From Lytechinus pictus (taxonomy: Eukaryota): a stretch of 64,000 nucleotides of DNA. Location: positions 25,236,001 through 25,300,000 of the forward strand of contig NC_087250.1 in assembly GCF_037042905.1 (NCBI RefSeq). The letters are read 5' to 3'. Shown piece after piece: positions 1-11,950 of this stretch (its first letter is position 1; each line of letters opens with the position of its first letter). The notes under the pieces are model-generated. The model did not search any database. It was not told the DNA's origin and saw nothing but the letters and a program-made list of their open reading frames with translations. Position numbers and translations under genes: made by a program.

Positions 1-429
1 AAGAAAATGGTTGGTAAATATAAAATAATTTTATCATATTCATAATTTTCATAATATTTGGAATAGCAAGTGTGATTTTTTCTTGATTGTATTTCCTCTA
101 GTTGTCATTTTTAAAGCACTGAAATAAAGGTGTCCGGCAATAGGATACACTGCCATACATCCGATTTTGATGAAAGTTTCAGCGCTATGCTTGTTGGAGG
201 CAGGATGGAACATCAGGGCCATGTCTTACAAAGAGTCGATCCAATCAATCACTTCTATGGAGAGCCAGCAACATCTAAAATGCATGTTTTTTCAAGATAT
301 TTTCCAGATACGCTGTATATTCATGCACAATTCAGTGTGCTTCCTTTTGTTTACAAAGAACATTGAGCACATTTCCTGTAGATTAAATTATGACATTGAC
401 TGAGGGTTTCCATACAGTTGAGGTCAATC

Positions 430-721
430 AGGGTCCCGTCTTACAAAGAGTTACGATTGATCCAATCAATCGTTTAAATCAATCGTAACTCTATGGAAAT
501 CCATCAGTGTTATAATTTTTTCTACAGGAAATTTGCAAAATGTCCTTTGTAAACAAAGGAGATCACACCAAATTGTCAAGAAATCAATGAATTTATGGAT
601 ATACATTCAGATCTAGAATTTTTTTTAAATAAACATAGTTACATTTTATATGTTGACTTTGCTGGCTTTCCATAGTTGCAATTTGATTGGATCAATCGCA
701 ACTCTTTGTGAGACGGGGCCC
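430..721. mobile_element. PIF/Harbinger-type MITE; degenerate partial copy at ~215-430 and related copies at ~21165-21260 and ~48540-48660
   Basis: Long TIRs GGGTCCCGTCTTACAAAGAGTTACGATTGATCCAATCAA ... TTGATTGGATCAATCGCAACTCTTTGTGAGACGGGGCCC. Confidence 0.7.
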
Positions 722-777
722 AGGTCAATCGTAACTCTTTGTAAGTCAAGGTCTAAAATAGGTATATAGCAACATAC

Positions 778-888
778 CTGCTTGGAGTCAATGTCCATTG
801 TTATCTCTTGATTTAAATAATTCTTCGCTGCCATGTCTAGTGCCCTCTCGAGATTCTGCTCTGTGTATACACTGATTGGGGGACAGGA
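778..888 (-). CDS. DUF547-domain protein, coding exon 5 (SCPPISVYTEQNLERALDMAAKNYLNQEITMDIDSKQ); gene continues left of the window
   Basis: TAG acceptor, GTATGT donor, phase 0/0; SCPP motif follows NCGA as in DUF547; the expected SKIFKWY-like exon was not found in 1-777. Confidence 0.9.
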
Positions 889-1129
889 CTAAAACAGAAA
901 ATGGCAGATATAAAAGAAATTTATTGACAAAAAAAGAAGTTCATACAATTTATGAAATGTAATATTGTTTACTTCTTTCATTCTTAAAAATGAGATATAC
1001 AATTTTGGTGTCCTTTTCAAAGAAATTATGCATTGCATTTTGCAATCGCCTCCCAGGCACGCAAAGGTGATGCCTAACATACAATTATGATAACAATAAT
1101 CTTGTATCTCTTCATCAACATTATCATAC

Positions 1130-1248
1130 CTCAGCCCCACAGTTCAGAGCAAAGTGTATTCTGGCATCCAAGGTATCAACCATGTAAGCTAACCGAGGGT
1201 CATCGTCATGGAAACAGCTCTTCTTGGTGGAAGGGTGTGGCTTATTCC
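1130..1248 (-). CDS. DUF547-domain protein, coding exon 4 (NKPHPST...DARIHFALNCGAE)
   Basis: CAG acceptor, GTATGA donor; contains the D.RIHFALNCGA motif. Confidence 0.92.
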
Positions 1249-1369
1249 CTGTCAAGAAAAAAAACTTCTGACAATCAGAAATAAACAAAATACTTGTAAA
1301 TCTTTCTTGTTCGTAAATTATGCAACTTTGTTAAAATCATCATTTATGCTCTTACATCACCTCCATATA

Positions 1370-2020
1370 TAGTGACTATTATATTTTGGATCAAAAATTT
1401 ATCCTCCGGTCATTGGCTAAAAGAGCTTCACGTGATTATGTGTATTTTCAACTTTTTTGGAATGTTGGCAGCTAGGCATACTATTTGAGAAAATTACGTC
1501 ATTTTTGTGACGTCATTTCCCCAAATAGTAAAACTATTTGGGGAAATGACGTCACGGCGCCATACGCCTGATGCGCGTGATATCAAAATCACCAACATTC
1601 AGCGGGGTATACGAGAGCTTGAGTGCTTACCATGGGCGATACTCGTGACGTCGCGGCTACGTTTTTAGACTACAGTTTATGCTTTGACTTTTTCAGACAT
1701 TTTCATTGACTATTAAAACTTGGATTTCATTAAAATTGGATATGATTTTTAAAAAGAGCATAAGACCATGAGAGTGACAAGAGAGGATAAAAGGTAAGCC
1801 ATTATTCTGTTTTTTCCTTTTGTTAAAATTTTTTATCCAAAATATAAAACAAATATACTCTGCCATAATCTCGAGTTTCTGGTTAAAACTATGGGCCTCG
1901 GTGCCTCCAATAGTACCATTCACTTCGGGGCTGCGCCCCTCAGTGAATAGTACTATTCTGGAGTCACCTCTTGCCCATAGTTTTAACCAGAAACTCTCAA
2001 GGCAAAGTATATTTGTATAA
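1370..2020. mobile_element. Non-autonomous hairpin-rich element, possibly Crypton-type
   Basis: Perfect 23-bp hairpin at 1507-1555; foldback at 1873-1996 (GAGTTTCTGGTTAAAACTATGGGC...GCCCATAGTTTTAACCAGAAACTC) around a CTTCGGGG...CCCCTCAGTGAATAG core; boundaries approximate. Confidence 0.4.
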
Positions 2021-3454
2021 CATTCAATGAGATTTTCATCTATTCATGAATACTAATATCCCGGGAAGGGGGGGGGGGGGCGGCATTATAACCCACCTCA
2101 ATAATTCTTGTGAAAAAGCCATCATGGAAAATTTTAAGACCATGCCGCTTGCTGACGTTTTACTTTTCAAGTCTTAAAAGACTTTTGAGACCAAATTCAA
2201 TTTGTGACACCTGGGTAAGTGGATATAAACCAAAGATAACCGGCAAACTAGGGAACATAGAGAATATTAATATTGTTTGTAGTCATTATCAGAACGAAAA
2301 TAATAAATTCGGGGGGGGGGGAGGTTGGTTCAGGGAGGTTGATTGAGCTTGGATAGAGAAAACTCAAGATTCTCTTTTAGATCTTGAAGCAAACTGAATT
2401 CTCATCTACTGTGTGGCTCAAACCTACTAAAAATGAAAAAAATAAGTTAAGGTCTGAAAAAAGTTGATTGGGTCAGAATTCGGATTTTAGCTAGTAAACT
2501 TTCATCATGCAGGGTTCCTACATGTATAAAAAAAAAAGAATCCATGACAATTATTTCAACTTCCAGTTTCACATGTTATCTATGCAAATTGCAGTTGTTG
2601 GTAATTGGTAGGGGTTATTTCAAATTGGTCCAACTAATGCCAATCCATCCAATGGCCAACTCATCTGCTATCATTTGGTCTACCATCAGTTTGTCCACTA
2701 CCCACATGGTCTACTTGCCATTTCGTCCACTCACCATTTCGTTAAATAACCAGTTGGTCCAATAGCCATATAGTCCATTTGGTCTAATTGGACTAAGTGT
2801 CAATTGGGTGAGATGATTGAACAGACAATGGACAAAAGACCAACTGGTTACGAGACAAAATGGTCATAGGACCAAATGGTTTTTAGACCAAATGGCTTAA
2901 AAACAAAATAGTGATGGATGGAATGGCATTAAACTATTAAATTGAAGGAAGACAATGTGATGTGACAAGTTGGCAGTAGACGAATCAGTAATTCATCATC
3001 AGTAGTTGACCCTCCAAACTACTCCTGCCAGAAGTTAACTGGAGGTTGTGGTAGTTGAAGGTATATTAGGTGAACTATTGCAATATAAAACACCACAGTT
3101 TTGTACTTTTCTCTTCATTTCTAGTCAGAAAAAATCAAATTCCCTGACTTTGCCCTGACTGAAAATAAAAAATAATAATAATTTTCCATGATTTCCTTGA
3201 TGAGCAGCTGGAAACCAGTCGAGAGTTAATTCTTAAAACAAACTTCCTCTACATTGATTCCAATGGTTTAAATACCCTTCTCTCTTTTAAAACATCTGCT
3301 TCTTTGTGTAATTGTTAACTATATTTGCAATTATAGTCTTGATTCTGTAATTATGTGTTTATTCCATCAATGAAAAATAAAAGAAAAGAAGAAGAGGAGG
3401 AGGAGTAGGAGGAGAAGAAGAAGAAGAAGAAGCAGAAGAAGAAGAGAGACTAAC

Positions 3455-3607
3455 TTCTCAAAATGCCATGTTCTATATCATCCAGGGAATAGACCTGTCC
3501 AGCAATGAGGTAGGAACTGGTCTTCCAAAAGTCCTGGACTTCAAGAACAGTTCTAGGTAGTTCTGGTTGGACAGCTAAAGCATGAATGGTTAGTGCATTG
3601 TAGATGT
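3455..3607 (-). CDS. DUF547-domain protein, coding exon 3 (IYNALTIHAL...YSLDDIEHGILR)
   Basis: CAG acceptor, GTTAGT donor, phases 1/1 consistent with neighbours; N-IYNALTIH and SLDDIEHGILR are DUF547 signature motifs. Confidence 0.92.
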
Positions 3608-4925
3608 CTGAGAATGTACAAGTCAAAGAAAAAATATATTTGAAAGAAATGTTGATGATCCACAACATTTATATTGCACTATATTTCTGTTTAAAAAAAA
3701 GAACATTCGTTAGTGCAGGTTCATCAAATTAAGTTAGTTACTACACATCTGCTGAAATTAGTGAGTTTTGAGGGACGATTTGAAATGTTCAATAACAGAG
3801 GAAATCTTGAGGGATTTTTTTGGTCAAAAGAGAAAGCCCTAAATGAAACTTTACGCACATACAGTCCTAGTATGTAAAATCGGCTATCACAAAATACTTA
3901 ATTTGTAGCAGTACCAACCCTTTACAAAAGCTTATGACTGACTTTAAGTCATACGATAACACAAATTCTCATCTAATATAGGCCTATCTAAACAACCATA
4001 TTATTTTCAAATTGACCTCCTGGATCAGATTCACTAATTACAAAAATATACCGCACATCAATGTGAGACTTATTTATCTTTTTTATGATCATAACTCACA
4101 TACTAGTTCATGTTGATATCATTTTCAATTTGTGTATCTGGATGTTCTTTTTCTTTAATCTAAAAATATTAACCAACAGATTATAAATGACATGGCTATT
4201 TTTCACATTATTTTTTTAGACATTTCCTTTTAAAGGAGACATCCAAAGAATCAAAAGTATTTTATAATGACTTTATGTGGTCATCATTGTAAAGGGGAAG
4301 TATTACTAATCAGATATATAACTTCACTTTTCAAAATAGTGATCAGAGATTGCAGAAATCAGCTCTCAAAAATGATTTATTTTCATGCCATATTTCTGCC
4401 TTCCACCGGTCCTCTTGCGAGCTCCAGCTGAGTGACGTCACACAATGAGCAGTGAGCAGCTGAGTTGACAGCAGCCCATTAGTGACGATCTTTCCAATCA
4501 GCGTTTTTTGCTCTTAGAATTGTTTATTCCTCTTAAGATTGGTCTTGTTATATAGATAAAAGTTTGAATTTACTGAACAGTGAAAAAAAGTGCACATTTA
4601 ACGTATTTTGGTAACCGATATTTAGCTTAATTTTTTTTTTTTTTTCAAGAAATATATGTGAATAAAGAAAGCATATTTTCACGTAGAAATCACACTTGCG
4701 TCACATTAATGTTATAGTCAATATAAAGCATAGACATTCTTCTTTATGACTGAACAAAAATTATGAAATTTCATTAAGTAGCAAAGTCAGGAAGCACAAA
4801 AAAAACACGGCAATATCCATCGCGAAATTACTGAAATTGCAGTTGAATTGCCGAAGCATTATTAGGAAACAGCGGCGAGCGGACTTTCTTTCATTTATCT
4901 TAAAAATGCCTTCCTGTTAGGGCTA

Positions 4926-5001
4926 TGGTCTGTGGCCAAATGCGTTGGCCCTAGTTTTGTCATGTGCGAGGACCCTGGTTCGAAACTCGGATTTTTTTTT
5001 T
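4926..5001 (+). ncRNA. Degenerate tRNA-like / Pol III-type sequence followed by a T-run
   Basis: A-box-like TGGCCAAATGC, GTC in an anticodon-like position, B-box GGTTCGAAAC, then T10; cloverleaf incomplete. Confidence 0.35.
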
Positions 5002-6502
5002 CTGGGTATTTTTTTTTTATTCCTTCCCCGTCCCTACCCATCTTTTTTTTCTCTTTTTATTTTCTTGTGAAATTCTATTCAGACCTGTATTTATCAAATC
5101 TTGCTTCTTAATTGCTGCTTTTGATTTTCAAGTTCTTGATTAGATTATTTCTACTCTTATTTGGGATGGGAGGGGTAGAGTTAAAAGTCAAGTCCACATC
5201 AACTAAAAATTATTTGAATAGAGTGATTTCCCTTGTTGTTTTTACTCAAAACAGTCATATACACAAAACAATGATATGCAAATTAGAGTTGTCACTCACA
5301 TCACATTCGTTTCTATTTTTTGTGGCATTTTGTTTTTTATTCTTTGCAGATTTGACGATAGGAAACTCTTCATCTGATCACAATAGGTTATATTTACGGA
5401 ACTGTTAAAATAGTAATTATATAAATTTGAATCAAATTTTTAATGAAATTTCCTGCAATATCTTGTTATTTTTCTTTAAATTCAAATGAATTTTTGATTG
5501 CGTGGACTTCTCCTTTACTCTTAATGTAGGGAATGCATAGCAAAATTTATCCAGAAACAAAATTGTCTTAGAATATGCAAATCAGTAATTGGACACATAT
5601 GTTCACTTTTTTTTCATCCAGGCCACTTCCTCACATCCACCAGGCTTTCAGTCTTATAACAAAAATGATAAACCATCACACAACATTCACAGTGCTTCAC
5701 AATAAATATTTCACTTCTGTTCATACATGCAATAAATATTGTGGAAAACAAATAAAAGGCGTACCCATATTCAAATACCGTTTAAAAGGACAAATATATT
5801 ATACCTTTCGAGAAAAATCAGCACGTTAAATATCTGATAACAAAACATAATTATGGGGCACTGCAAGAAACTTATGTTCAATTGCAAATCAAGCGTAAGT
5901 CTTAAATTCAAATTCAAGCGTAATATAACTAATAAGGTCGAGTTGCAATCGCAATTCAACTACATGTTTAATCAAAGGACTTACCCTTGATTTGGGACGT
6001 GTGATTGAGTATAACATTTCTCGCAAAATGCCCTAGTAACATTAAAATTGTTCTTTCGTTTTAAATTGTGTGTTATTATTTTTGACAAGCTGTATTCCTG
6101 TCCAAGTCAAATTTCTTAGTTCTCTCCAAAACTGTGCTCAAAATTGTTTCCAAGATTGATAAAGAATTTTTTTCTTTTGTATCATTATCAGTCTACAACT
6201 TGCAAACCGTAGGTCCTGGAAAGAGTGAAGAAAAAAATGGCTATATCCAAATCATAGTAAAAGGACATGATGGAATCTCCCAGATTGAGGTAGCAAGCCG
6301 AGACCAGAAGTCACCAGAGTCAGCAATTGTGCAGATCTGTGTGTAGAAGAGAGAAAAAAAGAAATAGTTTAAATAATCAAATCAAAGTATGAATTTAATT
6401 ATCGTGATGATTGATGACGTGCGATGGCATGTAATTCCCGGTCAACAACAAATGATAGTAGGTTTAGACACCTGAAAAGTTCCACTCAGAACACTGGTGC
6501 TC

Positions 6503-6659
6503 TACCTCAAGTGATGTTTGTGTAGGCCCCACTCCACTTCACTACCGCTACACTACCGCACATGTACGCCACACCTACCCGGGTAGGTGTGTAGCGTAGT
6601 GTAGGCTGTAGCAGTACTCCAGTAGTGAAGTGGAGACTACACGAACATCACTTGAGGTA
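6503..6659. mobile_element. 157-bp palindromic MITE
   Basis: TIR TACCTCAAGTGATGTT/AACATCACTTGAGGTA; near-perfect 8-bp flanking duplication TGGTGCTC/CGGTGCTC. Confidence 0.7.
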
Positions 6660-6782
6660 CGGTGCTCTCTGAGTCTCTGTGTCATTACAAAGATTGCATT
6701 TATCTTCATTGTTGAAGGCATTACGCATACATATATGCAGCAACACTCTAATCAGAAAGAAACACCAGACTCTAATTTTGGC

Positions 6783-7392
6783 CCACCCAAGGGTTCATTA
6801 CATGCCGCCGCGCACAGAAAATTCAAGCCATAGAAGTCGTGGACCCAAGAAGTGAGATCCCAGCACGCGCGACCCACTAGTTAGAAATCCACTGCCAAAC
6901 GCGGTTCGTGGTTAGTATACTAATACTAACCTCGCAATACGTACTAGTAGTATACTAATACTAACCTCGCAATACGTGTGAGTGATTTTGGCCAGGAATC
7001 AGGGTAATCACTGCTGAAAATTTGTCTGGCTTCATGACATCGGCATCATGGTGTGTAATTCTGTGTATAATAAAAACTTAAACATTCCTCTGAAACAGCA
7101 GATTTTCAGCCATGGTCCATACCACTCAGTGCTCCTAAATAATTTAATCGCCTGCCTGAGTCCTGACCAGTTTTAGAAATCTGAAGAAAAAATCTGCTGG
7201 AATTGTGCCACTCACACGTATTAAGTATACTAACCTCGCACCACGAACCGCATTTGGCAGTGGATTTCTAACTAGTGGGTTGCGCGTGCTTAGCCTGGAG
7301 GCGTCTGGGATCTCACTTCTTGGGTCCACAACACACGACTTCTATGGCTTGATTTTTCTGTGCGTGGCGGCATGTAATGAACCCTTGGGTGG
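6783..7392. mobile_element. ~610-bp foldback MITE with ~140-170-bp inverted arms
   Basis: CCACCCAAGGGTTCATTACATGCCGCC... at 6783 is the reverse complement of ...GGCGGCATGTAATGAACCCTTGGGTGG ending at 7392. Confidence 0.8.
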
Positions 7393-8137
7393 AATTGTGC
7401 AAAAACATTATTTCTAAAATAAAAACTTTTTAATTTTAATAGTAGTTATGCCAAAATGCATGATTCTAAACTTATATCAGATCTGTATCTGTCATCTGAC
7501 CTGAATGCATTGTCAGAACAAGTACAGTTTCCAAACATGCTTACCTTGACTTTTGACTGGATCAAACAGCGTAGCCTGCAACATGCATCGGGAGCAAGTG
7601 AATGGGACCGTGCAGCTTGGAGTTTTTCAATAGTTAGTAGAGCAACACAACGAAGACTGTCGAGTGGACAAAATCGATCTTTCCAGTTCACAATTCAATA
7701 AAAAACGGGCAAAATAACACAGTTCTGGTTCCCTTATAGTCTGAAGTTGTCGAAAACAGAATTCGGATGTCACATTACATGAAGAAAACGGTAAATTCGG
7801 AAGATATTGAAGAGGTCAGTAAGGTGATTCAGTGTATTATGCACAGAGTCAGAGGGATGATGAGCTCGATTATTGTGTGACGTCATTATTCTCGACTGTT
7901 TTCACTGCGTGAACTCATCGGTCTGGGGGCGGCTGGGGGGCTTAGAATGGTCTCTAATAATTTCATTTCTTGCATTTCCACGACATCAATAAGACTTTTT
8001 AGTGACATATTTGTGTATAAAAAGACAAGACCTTTCCATTCATATATAATTTGTCTATAATCATCACAAATCGTGAATTTTCTTTGGATGTATACTTTAA
8101 GAACTCCCTGTAATTTCTCATTCTGCACAAAGGATAC

Positions 8138-8295
8138 TGATAAAGAAAGCCTTCCTCTGATCCGAGGTCAAGGGTCGAAGGTCAATGCTGCTTAGCTCTC
8201 TTGTTTTCGCTGTAAAGTCTAAGAAAAGGTCACTCCGACCCAGTTTGAAATAATCCACACCAGAGCCATCTTCTGACATACACAGAGCTTTGATT
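8138..8295 (-). CDS. DUF547-domain protein, coding exon 2 (IKALCMSEDGSGVDYFKLG...DQRKAFFI)
   Basis: Acceptor TTTTTTAG; DG.VDY and KAFFIN motifs typical of DUF547; donor is GTATCCTTT (U12-type). Confidence 0.9.
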
Positions 8296-8439
8296 CTAAA
8301 AAAGACAGGATATCGGGAAAAGGGAAAGATTGAAAGTAGATGATTAGATCTAGTATAGTTCAATGAAATGATTCATATGACAAAAACCTTATGAATCCTA
8401 AAATGAATTTTTAAATTATCAGCATACACAGGAATGAAA

Positions 8440-9350
8440 ATGATGATCACAATGTGGTGACTGACATGCATGGTGAAGATAATGATCAATGCATGACAAT
8501 AATAATGATTTTGGTGGTGTTGATGATCATGATGATTATCATGAAGATCATGATGGTGGTGATGATGATGATCATGAAGATCATGTCTTTCATGGTGATG
8601 ATCGATAATTATAATAATCAATGCATGACGATAATGATTTTGGTGATGATGATAATGATGATAATCAATGCATGACAATGATAATGATTTTGGTGGTGGT
8701 GGTGGTGATGTTTATAATGACGATGATTATGGTGATACATGTAATAAATGATGGTCATGATGGTGGTGGTGATGATCATCATGATGATTATCATGAAGAT
8801 CATGATGATGGTGGTGATGATGATAATCAAAGCATGACAATAATAATGATTTTGGTGGTGGTGATGTTTATAATGACGATGATTATGGTGATAGATGTAA
8901 TAAATGATGATGGTCATGATAATGATGGTGGTGATGATGATGATAATCAATGCATGACAATGATAATGATTTTGGTGGTGGTGGTGGTGATGTTTATAAT
9001 GACGATGATTATGGTGATACATGTAATAAATGATGATGGTCATGATAATGGTGGTGATGATGATCATGATGATGATGATGATGATTATCATGAAGATCAT
9101 GATGATGATGATAATCAATGCATGACAATAATATATGATTTTGGTGGTGGTGATGTTTATAATGACGATGATTATGGTGATACATGTAATAAATGATGAT
9201 GATGGTAAAGGTCATAATGATGGTGGTGATAATGATGCTGATAATGGTGGTGATGATGATAATGACGATGATAAATGGCAATGGAGGTGATGATGATGGT
9301 GATATCAAATTATCAATGCAGCCATGGTCATAATGGAGGTGGTGATGAGG
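8440..9350. repeat. (GAT/GGT)n low-complexity tract with higher-order units of variable length
   Basis: Recurring AATCAATGCATGACAATRATAATGATTTTGGTGGTG anchor in a trinucleotide background. Confidence 0.9.
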
Positions 9351-9373
9351 ACAATGACGATTACAATGAATGA

Positions 9374-10615
9374 TTTTTTTTTTTTTTGTAAAATAACCAT
9401 TGCTGGTCTTCTTTATTCATTAAACAAAATATATTCACAGTGCTAACATTTGCCTCCATTTCTGGAGGGAAATACATGGTTTTCTGGATTTCACATTTTC
9501 TTCTATCTGTAAACGATATAACAAAATATTAAACAGCCTTTGAATCGTTATTTTCCTTTTAGATTCTTTTCCAGCGAAACATTTATAAATGGTATATAAA
9601 GCATAATTCAAAATTATATCTACATCATTTTTTTCTTTTGATCTAAATGAAATTCCTGATAATATATGACATGGCTGGAAATGAAAATTTGGCAAAATAT
9701 ATTTCTGTACATTTTCTTCAACTTTTTTCCAAAATATTATCATTATGTTACAAGATAAAAACATATGACTGCAATCACCTTTTTGATCACAGTAAAAACA
9801 TTGGTCATTTTCTTTTAATTTCCATCTAAAAAGGTTAGCTGGTGTTGCCAAAATATTATACATGAACTTAAAATTAAAATTGACCAGTACATTGTCCTTA
9901 ACTAACTTTAACTTAAATAACCAAACATCTGTCCAAATTGGTAAACAGTCAAATACTAAGGTATTACACCAAAATTCCTCTGCTCTAGATTCTTCAGTTT
10001 TTATTTGGATCAATTCATAATATATTTTCCTAACTGTCAATTTACTTAATGAAATAATACTATCATCCAATCCAATATCATTATATACATTAACATTGGA
10101 TCTAAATTCCGAATACTTCTTTTGTAATAAACTTGTATTAGAAAAAAGAGTCATGTTGCCACATAACTCAATAGCCTGTCGTATACGAGCATACTGACTG
10201 TACCACCTTCCGTCCTTAACTACTATTTTAGCGCTAATCTTATCTATAGGTAGAAAACCCTTATCATCCATTAAATCCCCCACAAACAAAATATCAGAGT
10301 TTATCCAATTCATATAAAATAACATTTTTCCTTTGTATAAGATATCTTTATTTAGCCAAATCATTTCTTTTTGATAATTATCCTGTATATCTGCTTGAAT
10401 ATTTCTTGAATAGTTATACCTTTTTAATAAGAAAAACGTTGATATCAAGTTATAATAGAAATAAGGCATCCTGTTTTCTAAAAAACATTTGTTTTTAATA
10501 TTATATTTACAATTCATAATAACTTTTATACCACCCAGTTGCTGAAACCAGTAATCAAACATACATTTACATCCAGGGTTTAACTCATCACTCAAATATT
10601 TACAAATCACCCATT
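9374..10615 (-). mobile_element. 5'-truncated L1/Tx1-clade LINE: ORF2 C-terminus with zf-RVT-like CCHC motif, AATAAA and poly(A) tail
   Basis: ORF 9435-10643 contains FNFKFMYNILATPANLFRWKLKENDQCFYC...SHMFLSC..FW; AATAAA on minus strand at 9412-9417; A14 tail at 9374-9387. Confidence 0.88.
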
Positions 10616-11296
10616 TATAGCCCACTCCTACTAGTATCATCATTCATTGTAATGAACCCAAAGTGGAACCCAATGTGGAGGAATAAAAGCAATATAGCTA
10701 TATGAAGCTGCTTGCTATTGTTGACCTCGTACCATCTAATATCCCAGAACCCCAGGATGATAAAACCCACTTTTTGGCTGAAAAAAGGCTACAAAAATGG
10801 GAACATTTAGGTATAATTACCTTTTAACTCTACAAATAATGGTTTAAAAGTACTAATTATAGGAAAAACAAATTGCCTGCCCCCCAAAACATATGAATAG
10901 ACACCAAAACCAGAGAAATTGACCACCAAATAATAAAGTTGTGGCCAAAACTGTGATTTTGGGGGTTTTGGCGGCCATTTTGGATTTTGGCCCGGCACAC
11001 TTTTTTCTCGGACCCGAGACAAAAAATATTGTTGTTTCATGTTGAGATACATTACAAGGAATTAAAAAAAACTGTTGTCATATTGAAATTACAAAAAAAG
11101 TATTTTTGACCCATGCCATGTATAGCCCACTCCTAATACTATTACTAGAGATAGTATAGCGCTTTATGAAAGTGATTGAAAAATATATATACGATATTCT
11201 ATTTTGGTGATGATATTGAATGATTATCTTTGTCGATGAAGATAATTTTGAGAACAAAAGGACATGAATTTTCTGCCCTTGCCCTTGGGAACTTAC

Positions 11297-11400
11297 TTCA
11301 TGATACATCTCTGTAATTCTGTTGCAAGTTTCAGAGCTGAGAGTGAGATAGGCTCATTTAAAATATTGTACTTGATTCCACATTCCCCTTGACGTGCCAT
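11297..11400 (-). CDS. DUF547-domain protein, coding exon 1 (MARQGECGIKYNILNEPISLSALKLATELQRCIM)
   Basis: ATG at 11400; 104 nt ending AA|GTAAGT (phase 2); joins in frame to exon 8138-8295 to give ...RCIMKIKALCMSEDGSGVDY. Confidence 0.8.
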
Positions 11401-11950
11401 CACTTTTTCAGTATCGGCTCACAAGTCAGACACGGCGTAAAGAAAATGTTTCAACTTCCAAGTCTAATTTCTTAATGTTTGACTAGTGGCGACGGCGACG
11501 GCAGGGGCAGGCAAGTCGTCAGTCCCTCAGTCTCCAGCTCCAGCGGGTAATCTGCACGTAAATTAGTTTAAGTGTATAGTGAGTCAGCTCCAACCAAGCT
11601 CAGCCGAAGCCGGAGGCAGCTGTGGGCAGCCTCCGCTCAGATTCGGCGGCAGCAGCCGTCACTTTTTTGCCTTTTGCCAGAGCTCGCTTGGATTTGGACC
11701 TTTCCACTTTATCTTTATTTGCGACAATATCCTTGTTTTTTTCTTTGGTTGACACTTCACTATATTTTTGCGCTTCACTGGACCGAATTACGAAGTGTTG
11801 TTAAAAGGAAGAAAGTTTTTATTGGATGCGGGAATTAATTTCCTGCAGAAACTTTGCACTTTTCCTCGCCAGTGCAGTGTGTACCGTATACCGTATCGTA
11901 TATATACCATATACCCAGCACAGCGCAGCTGTGATCCTGTGATCATGTGA
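11401..11950. promoter_or_regulatory. CpG-rich putative bidirectional promoter / 5' exon region between the DUF547 gene (-) and the Merlin-like ORF/TBC1D7 (+)
   Basis: Local GC/CpG enrichment directly upstream of the DUF547 ATG; candidate + strand donor CGG|GTAATC at 11547 and acceptor TTTCGTTTCCAG at 12023. Confidence 0.5.

Larger units (their letters stand above)
4230..8100. mobile_element. ~3.9-kb Kolobok-like non-autonomous DNA transposon in the U12 intron, carrying nested MITEs
   Basis: TTAA at 4230-4233 and 8097-8100 flank 17-bp TIRs matching at 15/17 (AGGAGACATCCAAAGAA vs reverse complement AGTATACATCCAAAGAA); TTAA TSD with purine-purine ends fits Kolobok. Confidence 0.65.

Noticed and set aside
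8373..9308. His-rich / Asp-rich / Met-Ile-rich ORFs (up to 191 aa)
   Set aside because: Translations of a (GAT)n-type tract inside a DUF547 intron; open in several frames on both strands.
9435..10643. Host protein-coding gene of 402 aa
   Set aside because: L1/Tx1 ORF2 C-terminus with a poly(A) tail; the ATG comes from flanking sequence.
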